64,000 nt of DNA, taken from NCBI GenBank assembly GCA_965213705.1, contig OZ243913.1, positions 1,632,001-1,696,000 on the forward strand, in the 5' to 3' direction. This document shows, in pieces, positions 1-9,296 of the stretch (the first letter of the stretch is position 1; every line of letters begins with the position of its first letter). Source of the DNA: Trueperaceae bacterium (GTDB lineage: Bacteria > Deinococcota > Deinococci > Deinococcales > Trueperaceae). The notes beneath the pieces are model-generated. The model made no database searches, was not told the DNA's origin, and worked only from the letters and a program-made list of their open reading frames with translations. The position numbers and the translations under genes are program-made.

Positions 1-275
1 TGATGCCCTCGAGAGAGTGTTCATAAAGGCTGAGTAACGAGCCTGTGTCAAGCTTAGCGCATTTCGGTACGCACCGGCCTTTGCTTTGTTGCTACTCATT
101 AAAAGAACTTTGGCGGACCTGACGAAAACATCAGAAGGAACGCCCAAGCGTCGCGCGGCAGGTCGAGCCTTATACGGCTTCCGGTAATACGGTCAATAAA
201 TTTAGCAAGAGTTTTTCGCTTCCTTATCGCTAGTCCGTATTTTTTTCGCTCTGCCCGCCTTTAATTCCGAGGGAA

Positions 276-2090
276 TTAACCGGAAAGGGTATTGTGCTCG
301 GGTAAACCCGTGTTCGCAAAGCCTTTTGTTCGCTCCAGCAAGGCCGTAGCGTCCGCCGCGCTCAGCGGCTTGGCGTACAAGTAACCCTGGCCGTACTCGC
401 AGCCGAGCGCGGCCAAGCGGGTCAGCTCTTCTTGGGTTTCGACGCCCTCGACGACCGCCTTCATCCCGAACGTCTGCGCCATCATGAGGATGGTTCGCAG
501 CAGACCCTCGCCCTGGGGACTTTGCGTCAACTGCTGGGTAAACGAGCGGTCTATCTTGAGGGCGTCCGCCGGAAAGCGTTGCAGGTACGCCAACGACGAG
601 TACCCCGTGCCGAAGTCGTCGAGGTACAACCCCACACCCAGAGCCTTCAACCCGGCGAGGGTCGCATTTACCGGCTCTGAAACGTTCAGCAGCGCGTTTT
701 CGGTGATTTCCAGGTTCAGGTGCTCGGGGCCGAGCGAGGTCTGCGCCAAAACGGTCCCTATGTACGTCAAGAGGTCCGCGCGCCCGAACTGCTGGGCCGA
801 CACGTTGACGTTGAGAAAAACGTTCGAACCCCGGCCGCGCCACTCGCTCAACTGGCGACACCCTTCGGCCAGCGCGTAACGGTCCAACTGGACGATGAGC
901 GCCGTCTCTTCAGCCGTCGGGATAAAGTCGGCGGGCAACAGCAGGCCCCGCTCGGGGTGTTGCCAACGCAGCAACGCCTCGAAGCCGCGCAACGACTTGT
1001 CCCCGACCGAGAAAACGGGTTGGTAATACACCCGCAGTTCGCCGCGCGGCACGGCGGCGCGCAGCTCGTTCTCGAGCGTCAGGCGTCGCACCGCCCCGGT
1101 GCGCATCGCCGCGTCGAACACCCGGTGTTGTCCGGCGTGGTGCGCTTTGGCGCTGTACATCGCCAAGTCGGCGTCGCGCAACACCTCCTCGGGGTGTTGG
1201 TAACGCTCGTCGGACACCACGATGCCTACGCTGACCGTCACGTGCAGCTGGTGCCCGACGTGGTCGAACGGCTGAGAAAACGCGGTTTGCAGCCGCTCGA
1301 CGACTTCCTCGGCCTGCTCCAGGCCGCACTCCAACAAGATGGTGAACTCGTCCCCGCCGAAGCGGGCCAAGACGTCCGCTTCCCGGACGCACTCCCGCAA
1401 ACGCCCGGCGATGGCGACCAGCAACGCGTCCCCGACGTCGTGCCCAAGGCTGTCGTTGATGACCTTGAAGCGGTCGAAGTCCAAAAACAGCACCGCAAAC
1501 TCCACTTCGGGGTGACGCTTGAAACGCTCGACGGCCTTGCGCAGGTGGTCCATGAACAGGGGCCGGTTCGGCAAGCCGGTCAGGGCGTCGTGGAAGGCGT
1601 CGAAGTGCAGTTGCACGTTGAGCTTTTCCAACTCTTCGGTCCGCTCTCTGACCCGCCGCTCGAGGGTCGCGTTAAGCTCTTGCAGCGCTTTCTCCGCCGT
1701 TTTGCTGTCGGTAACGTCGTCGACCACGTAGCAAAAACGTACCCCGCCCGCGACCGGCCCGATGTAGTTGACCGTGACCCTGAGCCACCCTTTATCGCCG
1801 TGCCGATAGTCGAACAAAACGGGTTTGCGCGACGCGGCGCTGGCCCGGTAGGCTTTCAGCCACAGGGCGAGGTAGGGCTCCGGCACACCCATGTCACGCG
1901 CCGTCCTGCCTCGCATGGCTTGTGGGGTGGTGCCGAAAAAAGTAGCCGTCGCCTGGTTGTCCGAGACGTGCAAAATGTCACCGTCGACCAGCTCGACGGT
2001 GCCCATCATAACGGTAGAGGCGTCGTAGAAGCTGCGCAAAACGGTGTCTTTTTCGCGGAGGCTTTCTTGTCCGCGCGCCCTGTCGCTCAC
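276..2090 (-). CDS. PAS-GGDEF-EAL c-di-GMP signalling protein (diguanylate cyclase/phosphodiesterase)
   Basis: N-terminal PAS-like region and coiled coil, intact GGDEF with RxxD I-site (READ-VLARF-GGDEF), EAL (FEALLR) and DDFGTGYSSL motifs. Confidence 0.93.
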   Translation of the reverse strand: MSDRARGQESLREKDTVLRSFYDASTVMMGTVELVDGDILHVSDNQATATFFGTTPQAMRGRTARDMGVPEPYLALWLKAYRASAASRKPVLFDYRHGDKGWLRVTVNYIGPVAGGVRFCYVVDDVTDSKTAEKALQELNATLERRVRERTEELEKLNVQLHFDAFHDALTGLPNRPLFMDHLRKAVERFKRHPEVEFAVLFLDFDRFKVINDSLGHDVGDALLVAIAGRLRECVREADVLARFGGDEFTILLECGLEQAEEVVERLQTAFSQPFDHVGHQLHVTVSVGIVVSDERYQHPEEVLRDADLAMYSAKAHHAGQHRVFDAAMRTGAVRRLTLENELRAAVPRGELRVYYQPVFSVGDKSLRGFEALLRWQHPERGLLLPADFIPTAEETALIVQLDRYALAEGCRQLSEWRGRGSNVFLNVNVSAQQFGRADLLTYIGTVLAQTSLGPEHLNLEITENALLNVSEPVNATLAGLKALGVGLYLDDFGTGYSSLAYLQRFPADALKIDRSFTQQLTQSPQGEGLLRTILMMAQTFGMKAVVEGVETQEELTRLAALGCEYGQGYLYAKPLSAADATALLERTKGFANTGLPEHNTLSG

Positions 2091-2526
2091 GCCTTACCCG
2101 CAAAGTTCAAAACCAACGTACCCAAACCGTACCCCCCGGCGGGGTGCGTGCTAAAACGAGCGACAGGGCGGGCGGCGTCACGGAGCCACCCCAAAAGTTT
2201 CACGCCCGGCCAAAAAAGTCAATTGGTACAAAAGAGGTACGAAAAGGTGTGAAGACGAGACGACGTTGCACAAAACAACTCCCTCCTAATAGCATAAGCC
2301 AAAAAGTGAGGGACAACTTGGGTGACTACCCCAAAAGACTCGTACCAAGTACCTATAAGCACTCGCCGTCGCCTTCGACCTCCGCGTTTCGTCGGGACAA
2401 ACCTCAACTTGTGAACCCACTGACCTGTAAACTTACTGGCACGTGAACCTATGACGCGTGCTTGACCAAGTAAGCCGTTTTTCGCTGCTAGGCTGGTGAA
2501 AGCTGATTTGGAGGCTGTTGACTTAT

Positions 2527-2829
2527 ATGAATTTTACTTCCCAGAAAAATTCCGTGCAGACATCCGTCATAAGAATGTACACGACGACGTGGTGCGGCGA
2601 CTGCCAGGTCACCAAAAACGCGTTGAACCGTCTCGGTCTTTCGTTCGAAGAAGTGAACATCGAACAAGACGCGGCGGCTGCCGACTACGTGATGCAGGTC
2701 AACCACGGGCGGCGCAGCGTGCCGACCCTCGTCTATGACGGTGACGCCGCGAGTTTGTCGGGTTTTTCGCGCGCCAAGCTGGACGCCTTTTTGACCAAAC
2801 ACAAGCTGCTCGAGCCCGTCAACCGCTAA
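2527..2829 (+). CDS. Glutaredoxin-like (mycoredoxin/NrdH-like) protein
   Basis: MYTTTWCGDC CxxC motif, GRRSVPTL cis-Pro motif; GGAGG upstream of ATG 2527. Confidence 0.85.
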   Translation: MNFTSQKNSVQTSVIRMYTTTWCGDCQVTKNALNRLGLSFEEVNIEQDAAAADYVMQVNHGRRSVPTLVYDGDAASLSGFSRAKLDAFLTKHKLLEPVNR

Positions 2830-2905
2830 GGTTTGTTGTCGGCGTCACGTAAACTTCGTACCCGCGCCAGCGCTCCGGCGCGGGTTCTCGTGTTAGCGTT
2901 CGGGT

Positions 2906-3655
2906 ATGAAACAGACCCCGACCGGGCCGACGGACAGCGCAGGGGACGACAACCCTTTTGCCCCCAGCAAGGCGGCCTACGTGCGCGACATGTTCGGGGC
3001 CATCGCGCCGCGTTACGACCTCCTCAACAAACTGCTCAGTTTCGGCGTCGACAAGGGTTGGCGCGAAGAGGCGGTGGCGGCCGCGCTGCAAAATCGGCCG
3101 GCGCGCGTCCTGGACGTGGCGACGGGCACCGCCGACCTAGCTATCGCCCTAAAACGCGCCGCGCCGCACACCGAAGTCGTCGGCGTGGACTTCGCCGAGC
3201 CGATGCTGGCGCTCGGGCGTCGCAAGGTCGCCGCGCGGGGTCTGGACGTCAGCCTCCTGCAGGGCGACGGGCAAAGTTTAGACTTCGCGGACGACGCTTT
3301 CGACAGCCTTACCGTCGCTTACGGGCTGCGCAACTTCGCCGACCGGGAGCGGGGCTTAGAAGAGTTTTACCGGGTGCTGAGGCCGGGCGGACGCCTCGTC
3401 GTGCTGGAATTTCCGCCACCGCCCGGGGGCGCGTTCGGCACGCTGTTCCGCTTTTACTTTTTGAAGCTCACGCCGTACTTGGCGGGCGCGGTTTCGGGCC
3501 GCCGCGACGCTTACGAATACTTGGGGAAGTCTGTGCTCGAGTTCCCGTCCCCCCAACAGCTGGCTGATATGATGCGAAGGGCCGGGTTCACAGAAGTGAG
3601 GTACACCTTACAAACCTTCGGCGTATCGGCGCTACACCAGGGAGTCAAACCTTGA
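2906..3655 (+). CDS. ubiE: Demethylmenaquinone methyltransferase UbiE/MenG
   Basis: MFGAIAPRYDLLN, VLDVATGTADLA SAM motif, AYGLRN, RVLRPGG. Confidence 0.92.
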   Translation: MKQTPTGPTDSAGDDNPFAPSKAAYVRDMFGAIAPRYDLLNKLLSFGVDKGWREEAVAAALQNRPARVLDVATGTADLAIALKRAAPHTEVVGVDFAEPMLALGRRKVAARGLDVSLLQGDGQSLDFADDAFDSLTVAYGLRNFADRERGLEEFYRVLRPGGRLVVLEFPPPPGGAFGTLFRFYFLKLTPYLAGAVSGRRDAYEYLGKSVLEFPSPQQLADMMRRAGFTEVRYTLQTFGVSALHQGVKP

Positions 3656-4398
3656 GTTACTTGAGTTTCGAAGTCAACACCGACAGCGAGTTTATAGATC
3701 CCGACTGGGAACTGTTTGCAGAACTGCACGACCGCCGTTATAGCTTGGCGATTTCCTACGTCAAGAGCGTCGTCGACGGGTCGGCGCTAGACAGGCCCCG
3801 TCCGGGCGGGGCACCTGCGGACGGTGCAGCGGATGTTCAAAAAGAGGGCCAACAAAAGAGTGACCCGGCTGAGACTGTACAGCTCGAGGCCGTACAGCAC
3901 GAGGCGGGGCCGACCCTTTTTCCCCAGACCCAGCCGAACAGTGTGGGCTCTTTCGACAACGCGGTGATGGACGTGCGGGTCGGCGAGGCTGGGTTTTACG
4001 TCCAGTCGAAAAACTTTCCGGCCGCGTTTTACGGCGACACGGGCGCAGCCACCCACAGTTTTGTAACCCCCACCGAAGCGCAAGAAGCGGTTTTCGACGC
4101 TGTGGCTTTGTACCGCGCCGGTGACGCCCGCTCACTCACCTGCGTGTACAGCGACAGCAACCCGGGCGACGTGTTTTTCGGTTACCGCACCGACGACGAA
4201 CGCTACGAACTGGGTTTTATGCGGCCGAGCCTGCCGCTCCACTTGCGGGTCATGGTCGACGCCGCCGAAGCGACCGAGTTGCTCGGCGACACCAAGGGCG
4301 TGCTCATTTACCAGCGCACGGTCGACGGCCGTCACCTGTTGGTGCGGGCACCGGGCCGCCGCCAGCCCTTTATGCTGCTCGACGGCTTCGACGACTGA
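3652..4398 (+). CDS. Hypothetical protein
   Basis: 248-aa ORF, start overlaps the ubiE stop, host-like codon usage; no family recognised. Confidence 0.75.
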   Translation: MSYLSFEVNTDSEFIDPDWELFAELHDRRYSLAISYVKSVVDGSALDRPRPGGAPADGAADVQKEGQQKSDPAETVQLEAVQHEAGPTLFPQTQPNSVGSFDNAVMDVRVGEAGFYVQSKNFPAAFYGDTGAATHSFVTPTEAQEAVFDAVALYRAGDARSLTCVYSDSNPGDVFFGYRTDDERYELGFMRPSLPLHLRVMVDAAEATELLGDTKGVLIYQRTVDGRHLLVRAPGRRQPFMLLDGFDD

Positions 4399-4412
4399 AG
4401 CCGGCCTGAAGC

Positions 4413-5168
4413 GTGGTTGAGACAGGTCCGGCCGCGCGCACCTTTCCGGGGCGTGACCACTGCTACGACGTGGTTTTGGTGGGTGCCGGGCTGACCGGCA
4501 CCGAGGCCGCGCTCGGTTGCGCCGCTGCCGGACTGGACACCCTGCTCGTCACGACGAGTTTGGACACCCTCTACACGCTTTTCGACAAAACCGCGCTCGA
4601 CGGCGCCATCCTGACCCAAGCCACCCTGCTGCACGACTTAAACGCCGAACTTGCCGCTCCTGACGGTCTCGTCGACCCTTGGGCGCTCCACCGCGGCGGC
4701 AAACACGCCCTCGAGCACACCCCCGGTGTCCACCTGCTGCAGTCGAGTGTGTCGTCCCTTCTCCTCGAGGCGGACAAGGTCGCGGGCGTGACGACCTGGG
4801 AAGGCGTGCCTCGACGGGGCAAACGCACCGCACTCTGCGTGGGCAGTTTTTTAGAAGCGCGTCTGCGAGTAGGCAGCCTCGTCGACGTGGCCGGACGTTT
4901 AAGTGAGATGGCTTACGACGACCTGGCCGAAGACCTGCAGGCGCACGGCTTTATCCTGGCAGCCGCGCGGCGCGAGGTCGGCGGCGCGCTGCCTTACTCG
5001 GTTTCGTTCAAGGTATTTGCCCCGCAAGAACGTGCGGGTTTTCGCTTGCACAGGCTCCGCGGTCTCTACGCCGCGGGTCTGTGCGCCGACCCCACCCTGA
5101 CCTACGAACAAAGCGCCGCCCAAGGCCGCGAGCTGGCGGCGGCGCTCGTTGCCGATTTGCGGTCGTGA
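4413..5168 (+). CDS. Short GidA/MnmG-related FAD-dependent oxidoreductase
   Basis: YDVVLVGAGLTGTEAA Rossmann motif, AGRLSE, C-terminal GLYAAG..TYEQSAAQG; only about 250 aa, like the small GidA-related proteins of Thermus/Deinococcus. Confidence 0.8.
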   Translation: MVETGPAARTFPGRDHCYDVVLVGAGLTGTEAALGCAAAGLDTLLVTTSLDTLYTLFDKTALDGAILTQATLLHDLNAELAAPDGLVDPWALHRGGKHALEHTPGVHLLQSSVSSLLLEADKVAGVTTWEGVPRRGKRTALCVGSFLEARLRVGSLVDVAGRLSEMAYDDLAEDLQAHGFILAAARREVGGALPYSVSFKVFAPQERAGFRLHRLRGLYAAGLCADPTLTYEQSAAQGRELAAALVADLRS

Positions 5169-5312
5169 GCTTCATGGCTGCACACCCTCGCCCTCTGTGA
5201 CGGCCGGGTCTCGAGGCGTCCCTGGCGTGAGCGATTCAGCTTGAAACCGGTGAGCAAGTCACTTTGTCGAATATGTTCGGCGGGTCACCGAAAGCCGTGT
5301 GCGACCTCGCTC

Positions 5313-5382
5313 GGTATTGAAATCACAGTATTGAAGACCCGGTGCTGGAAACCGGATGCTGAAGACCGAATGCTGGAAACGT
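5313..5382. repeat. Five degenerate tandem 14-bp repeats
   Basis: ggtattgaaatcac/agtattgaagaccc/ggtgctggaaaccg/gatgctgaagaccg/aatgctggaaacgt. Confidence 0.7.
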
Positions 5383-5438
5383 CGGTCTTGTCAAGCATCG
5401 AGCGTTTGTAACTCCCAACAAACGAGCCTGGGGACGGT

Positions 5439-5639
5439 TCAGTACTGCGCCGTGTCGTCGTTGGACTCGGTGTAGCTGAGCATTTTTTCAAGGTCTTTGG
5501 GGCTGACCCAAACCATGCGCGCTCCCTGGGGCGTGGTGGCGAGCAGGCGGTAGCGAACGGGCTCATCCGCAGAAATGGCGGCAATCACGAAACGTTCGTC
5601 GTCGTACATGACTTCTTCGCCGATGGTAAAAGTAGGCAC
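5439..5639 (-). CDS. Small hypothetical protein (66 aa)
   Basis: Plausible composition; TACACT -10 box 7 nt before the GTG (leaderless pattern). Confidence 0.7.
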   Translation of the reverse strand: MPTFTIGEEVMYDDERFVIAAISADEPVRYRLLATTPQGARMVWVSPKDLEKMLSYTESNDDTAQY

Positions 5640-5654
5640 GCTGCTCAGTGTACG

Positions 5655-6062
5655 CTAACGGGCCGGGTTACGTGGCCGGTCGCCCACGTAAGCGTCCACT
5701 TCGATTTCGACGAGCATCGCCGGGTCGATGAGGCCCTTGACCACAACGAGCGTCGAGGCCGGGCGAACGTCGCCAAACACCTCGCCGTGCGCTTTGCCCA
5801 CAGCTTCCCAGTCGGCGGCGTCGACGATAAAGATGCGCGTCCGCACGACCTGCGCAGGTGTCGCGCCCGCCTGCTCAAGCGCCCGGACTATGTTTTTCAA
5901 AACTTGCACGGTTTGCGCGTAAACGTCACCCGCGACGATTTTGCCCGCGGCGTTCGTCGCCGTGGTGCCGGAAACGTGGACGTACGGGCCGACCTTGACC
6001 GCCCTCGAGTACCCGACGTTCTTCTCCCAAACCGTCCCGGACGAGATGTTTTGCCTTGCCAT
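5655..6062 (-). CDS. RidA (YjgF/UK114) family protein
   Basis: [58 protein letters not shown] before ATG 6062. Confidence 0.9.
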   Translation of the reverse strand: MARQNISSGTVWEKNVGYSRAVKVGPYVHVSGTTATNAAGKIVAGDVYAQTVQVLKNIVRALEQAGATPAQVVRTRIFIVDAADWEAVGKAHGEVFGDVRPASTLVVVKGLIDPAMLVEIEVDAYVGDRPRNPAR

Positions 6063-6072
6063 GACCGCCTCC

Positions 6073-6444
6073 TCAAAGTTCGAACGTGTGGCCCGCCGCC
6101 CTGAGCGCCGCCACAGCCTCGGCCAGCCGCGCTTCTTTGACGAACAGGTAGTCCGTGTCGAACGTCGACACGACGAAAACGGGGACGCCCGCCGCTGCCA
6201 AGGGCGCGGCGAGCGCGCTGAGGACGCCGGTCTGGGTAAACTCGAGCGGCCCGGCAACCCGCAGCGCCCGCCAACCCCCTTCGGCGCGAACGCTCAGCGG
6301 AACGCAGCCCTCTTCACAGACGACGGACAGTTCGTCCCGAGTGCGCGTGACCGAGACGATTTCACCGCGTGCCCAGTCCGGCACAGCGGCCGTGGCGTCG
6401 AGGCGACAGACTGCAAAACCGCCGGGGAGAAGTGTAAGGCGCAC
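6073..6444 (-). CDS. ACT-domain protein (DUF2241/CASTOR-like)
   Basis: [32 protein letters not shown]. Confidence 0.85.
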   Translation of the reverse strand: MRLTLLPGGFAVCRLDATAAVPDWARGEIVSVTRTRDELSVVCEEGCVPLSVRAEGGWRALRVAGPLEFTQTGVLSALAAPLAAAGVPVFVVSTFDTDYLFVKEARLAEAVAALRAAGHTFEL

Positions 6445-6488
6445 AGCTCAGTTTAAGCTCTCCCTTTGAAATCGGTATGATGACGCGC

Positions 6489-7559
6489 ATGACCGAACTT
6501 GAGCAAAAACTCGCCCGCGTCCGCCTGATGATGGCCGCCAACAACGTCTCGGCGGTTCACGTCGCCGCGTTGGGCAACCTTGCCTGGCTGCTCTGCGGCG
6601 CGGACCTCGCCGTGGCCCTGACCGGCGCGCCCGTCGCCGAAGCCGTGGTGACGCAGCGGGGCGTGAGCGTTCTCGCCTCCAGCGTCGAACGGGGCAGGCT
6701 CGAAACCGAGGAACTTCCCGGCGGCGTCAACCTCGTTTACACGCCCTGGTACGACCCCCAGGTCAAAGAAGCAACGCTGAAAGACCTGCTCGGTGAGGGC
6801 AAAATTCTGTCGGACACGCCCGGCCGCGGCTTTGAGACCAAAGATTTTTGGCCGCTCCGCGTGCCGCTGTTGCCGGAAGAAGTCGCTCGTTACCGGGAAC
6901 TGGGCGCGGACACGGCTCGAGCTTTTACCGACGTGCTGACGAGTCTCACGCCCGGCCTCAGCGAGCACGAGGTGGCGGGGCGTTTGGCCGAGGGGTTGCG
7001 GGCGCACGGCGCACAACCCGTCGTGCTCCTCGTCGCGGGAGACGACCGGCTCGAGCGCTACAAACACCCGCTCCCGCAGGCCGCCGTCGTCAACAACCGC
7101 TTGATGGCGGTGGCCTGCGCCCGTCGCCACGGGCTCATCGCGAGCGTCACGCGGTTGGTCAGTTTCGGCCCCGAGCCGAGCGAAAAGCGTTCGCAGTACA
7201 GCGCGTTGCTGGAGGTCGAGCGCGTCGTCCTCGAGCACACGCGCCACGGCCTACTGGTCACGGACGTGTTCGCGCAAGTTCAAGAGGCCTACGCAAAAGC
7301 CGGGCGGCCCCAGGCCTGGCAAGAACACCACCAGGGCGGCCCGACCGGCTACCTCACGCGGGACTTCGTCGCCACGCCCGCAGACGGGCACATGCTCGTC
7401 GAGGGCAGCGCCTACGCCTGGAACCCGTCGCTGCCGGGGCTGAAGGTAGAGGACACGGTGCTGCTGACGGGCGACACGCTTACCGTTTTAACAGAGGACG
7501 ACCGCTGGCCGTTGCGGGAGGTCGGTGGGCGGCGGCGGCCGGAGGTGTTGGAGCTGTAG
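6489..7559 (+). CDS. M24 family (Xaa-Pro-type) metallopeptidase-like protein
   Basis: HHQGGPTGY, AWNPS, KVEDT motifs; start inferred from TATGAT 7 nt before ATG 6489. Confidence 0.85.
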   Translation: MTELEQKLARVRLMMAANNVSAVHVAALGNLAWLLCGADLAVALTGAPVAEAVVTQRGVSVLASSVERGRLETEELPGGVNLVYTPWYDPQVKEATLKDLLGEGKILSDTPGRGFETKDFWPLRVPLLPEEVARYRELGADTARAFTDVLTSLTPGLSEHEVAGRLAEGLRAHGAQPVVLLVAGDDRLERYKHPLPQAAVVNNRLMAVACARRHGLIASVTRLVSFGPEPSEKRSQYSALLEVERVVLEHTRHGLLVTDVFAQVQEAYAKAGRPQAWQEHHQGGPTGYLTRDFVATPADGHMLVEGSAYAWNPSLPGLKVEDTVLLTGDTLTVLTEDDRWPLREVGGRRRPEVLEL

Positions 7560-7703
7560 TCGAGGTGGCTCGGTATTAGAGCTTTGGCGATGAGCTTCTT
7601 GTGCGGCAGTCGACCCGTTCGCACGCAAAAGAAGTAGTATCTAGGTGTTGAAGGACGCCTTTTTTCGTATGGTCCCTAGTTACGTCGCTAGCGAGGTACG
7701 GCC

Positions 7704-8279
7704 TTGAGGACGACAGTGATAAGGAAAATCAAGCGGTCAAAGGGCTTCGCGCGCTGGTCTGCCTACGAGTTCGACCGCGACGGTTTCGGCCTCTGGCTGT
7801 TCACCCCACCGGGGAGCTTGTTCCGGGCGGAGGTCGGTGGCGCGATTGCGGAGTGTGAGGTCGGGCAGGGCACGCGTCCAGCCGGTTTGGCGGTGTTGCA
7901 TCTCATCCCGTTGTCCGGTTGGTGGATGGCGCAGTGGACTGCCGAAGGTGCGGGGGCGTTCGTCAGCGTGGAGGTATGCACGCCGCCCGCGCTTCTGGAC
8001 GGCGAGTGGAGGTTCGTGGACCTTGAGCTTGACCCCTACCGGGGACCGGAGGGTCGCGTGGTCGTGGACGATGAGAATGAGTTCGTGGCGGCGTGCGCGG
8101 CGGGGTCGATTACGCCTAAAGAGGCAGTTGCGGCACGTGCAGCCGCGGCTGAGGTTGAGGGCTGGCTAACGAGCAGCGTGGAACCGTTTGGGCAGGTGGG
8201 GTGGGAGAAACTTCGTGACGCGGCCCAGCGTGGTTTGGCACCGCTAAGAGGTCTACCCCATGCGTCATCGGATCATTGA
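7704..8279 (+). CDS. DUF402-like protein
   Basis: DGFGLWLFTPPG, FVDLELD, VVVDDENEF motifs; atypical codon usage. Confidence 0.65.
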   Translation: MRTTVIRKIKRSKGFARWSAYEFDRDGFGLWLFTPPGSLFRAEVGGAIAECEVGQGTRPAGLAVLHLIPLSGWWMAQWTAEGAGAFVSVEVCTPPALLDGEWRFVDLELDPYRGPEGRVVVDDENEFVAACAAGSITPKEAVAARAAAAEVEGWLTSSVEPFGQVGWEKLRDAAQRGLAPLRGLPHASSDH

Positions 8280-8469
8280 GCGCGCCTTAGGGCGCCGCTC
8301 AACGCAAACAGTTATGCGTGAGTTGCGCGCGTCTGTCGCACAGAGCGCTAACAGCGAGGAGCTGACCGCGGGCGGTCAGCTCCTGAGTGGAGGTCGGATA
8401 GGGCGTAGCCCTTGCGAGTTGGACGCTAAGGCAAAGTCGGCATCCGACTCGGCGGTTTTTGGTGAGTTA

Positions 8470-9288
8470 CTACCTTTGCTTCGATCTCACGCGCAACCCG
8501 TTCAGTGCGAAACCAAAGCAGAGGGCGGCGAGGAGAAGCCCGGCGAGGAGCCCGCTGAGGAGCGCTTGCTCCTCCCAGCCCGTCAGCACCAGGGCGCGGG
8601 TCGCGTCGAGTACGTAGGTAATGGGGTTGGCGCGGGCGGCAACCGCGAGCCATCCGTCTAAAAGGTCAATCGGCACAAAAGTGGCAGTCAGAAAGGAGAG
8701 CGGGAAGAACAAGAACGACGCGCCCTCGGTGGCCGCGGCGTTGCCGCTCAGGAGTGCCACGCCGACCGTGAAGCTGCCGAAGCCGACCCCCACGACCAGG
8801 GTGTAGCCGAGCAGCGCCAGGAGACCCAGCCAGCCCGTGGCGACCTCGAGCCCAATTAAAAAACCGATAGCCAAAAGGACAACTGTTTGCACGACCAACA
8901 CCAAGCCCGCCGCCAGGATAGGGCCGAACACGAGCGCGGCGCGGCTGATGGGCGTGAGCTGAAGCTTGTCGAAGTAACCGCTCTCTAAGTCTCTCACCAA
9001 GGACTGCCCTGCCAAACCCGCCCCGCTAAACGCCGCGCTCACGATGGAGAGCGGCAGGATGAAACCCAAGTAGTCTTACCCTTGCAAGAAAAAGCTCGCC
9101 GCCTGCCCGAGCTGTCCCTCGTAGATGAAGAGGAAAAAGAGGCTAATTAGCAGCGGCACAACCAGCGGAAAGGGATTTCTGAGGCTGACCCTCAAGGTGC
9201 GTAGGGTGGTTGCGCCCAGTTGCGCGACAAGTGGCATGTTCGTTGCTGAGGCTGCGTTCTTGGCTGCCATAACGGTGGCGATGCTCAT
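8470..9288 (-). pseudogene. ABC-2 type exporter permease with an in-frame stop codon
   Basis: Same frame on both sides: ..TTG CAA GGG TAA GAC TAC TTG GGT.. (LQG*DYLG), stop at 9076-9078; DLESGYFDKLQLTP and NPITY motifs downstream. Confidence 0.85.
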
Positions 9289-9296
9289 GGCTTCTC

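Noticed and set aside
1..24. Possible start of a minus-strand gene at the window edge
   Set aside because: Only 8 codons are visible, which is not enough to support a call.
720..2252. Long antisense ORFs (also 20408-21952, 39127-40590, 49879-51018, 58852-60315)
   Set aside because: They are shadows of well-supported genes on the opposite strand, expected at high GC, and carry no recognisable motifs.
2091..2517. Possible c-di-GMP riboswitch or small ORFs upstream of the GGDEF-EAL gene
   Set aside because: No recognisable riboswitch consensus, and the ORFs lack coding-like composition.
5313..5382. Possible CRISPR array
   Set aside because: Units are only 14 bp, degenerate and contiguous, with no spacers and no cas genes.
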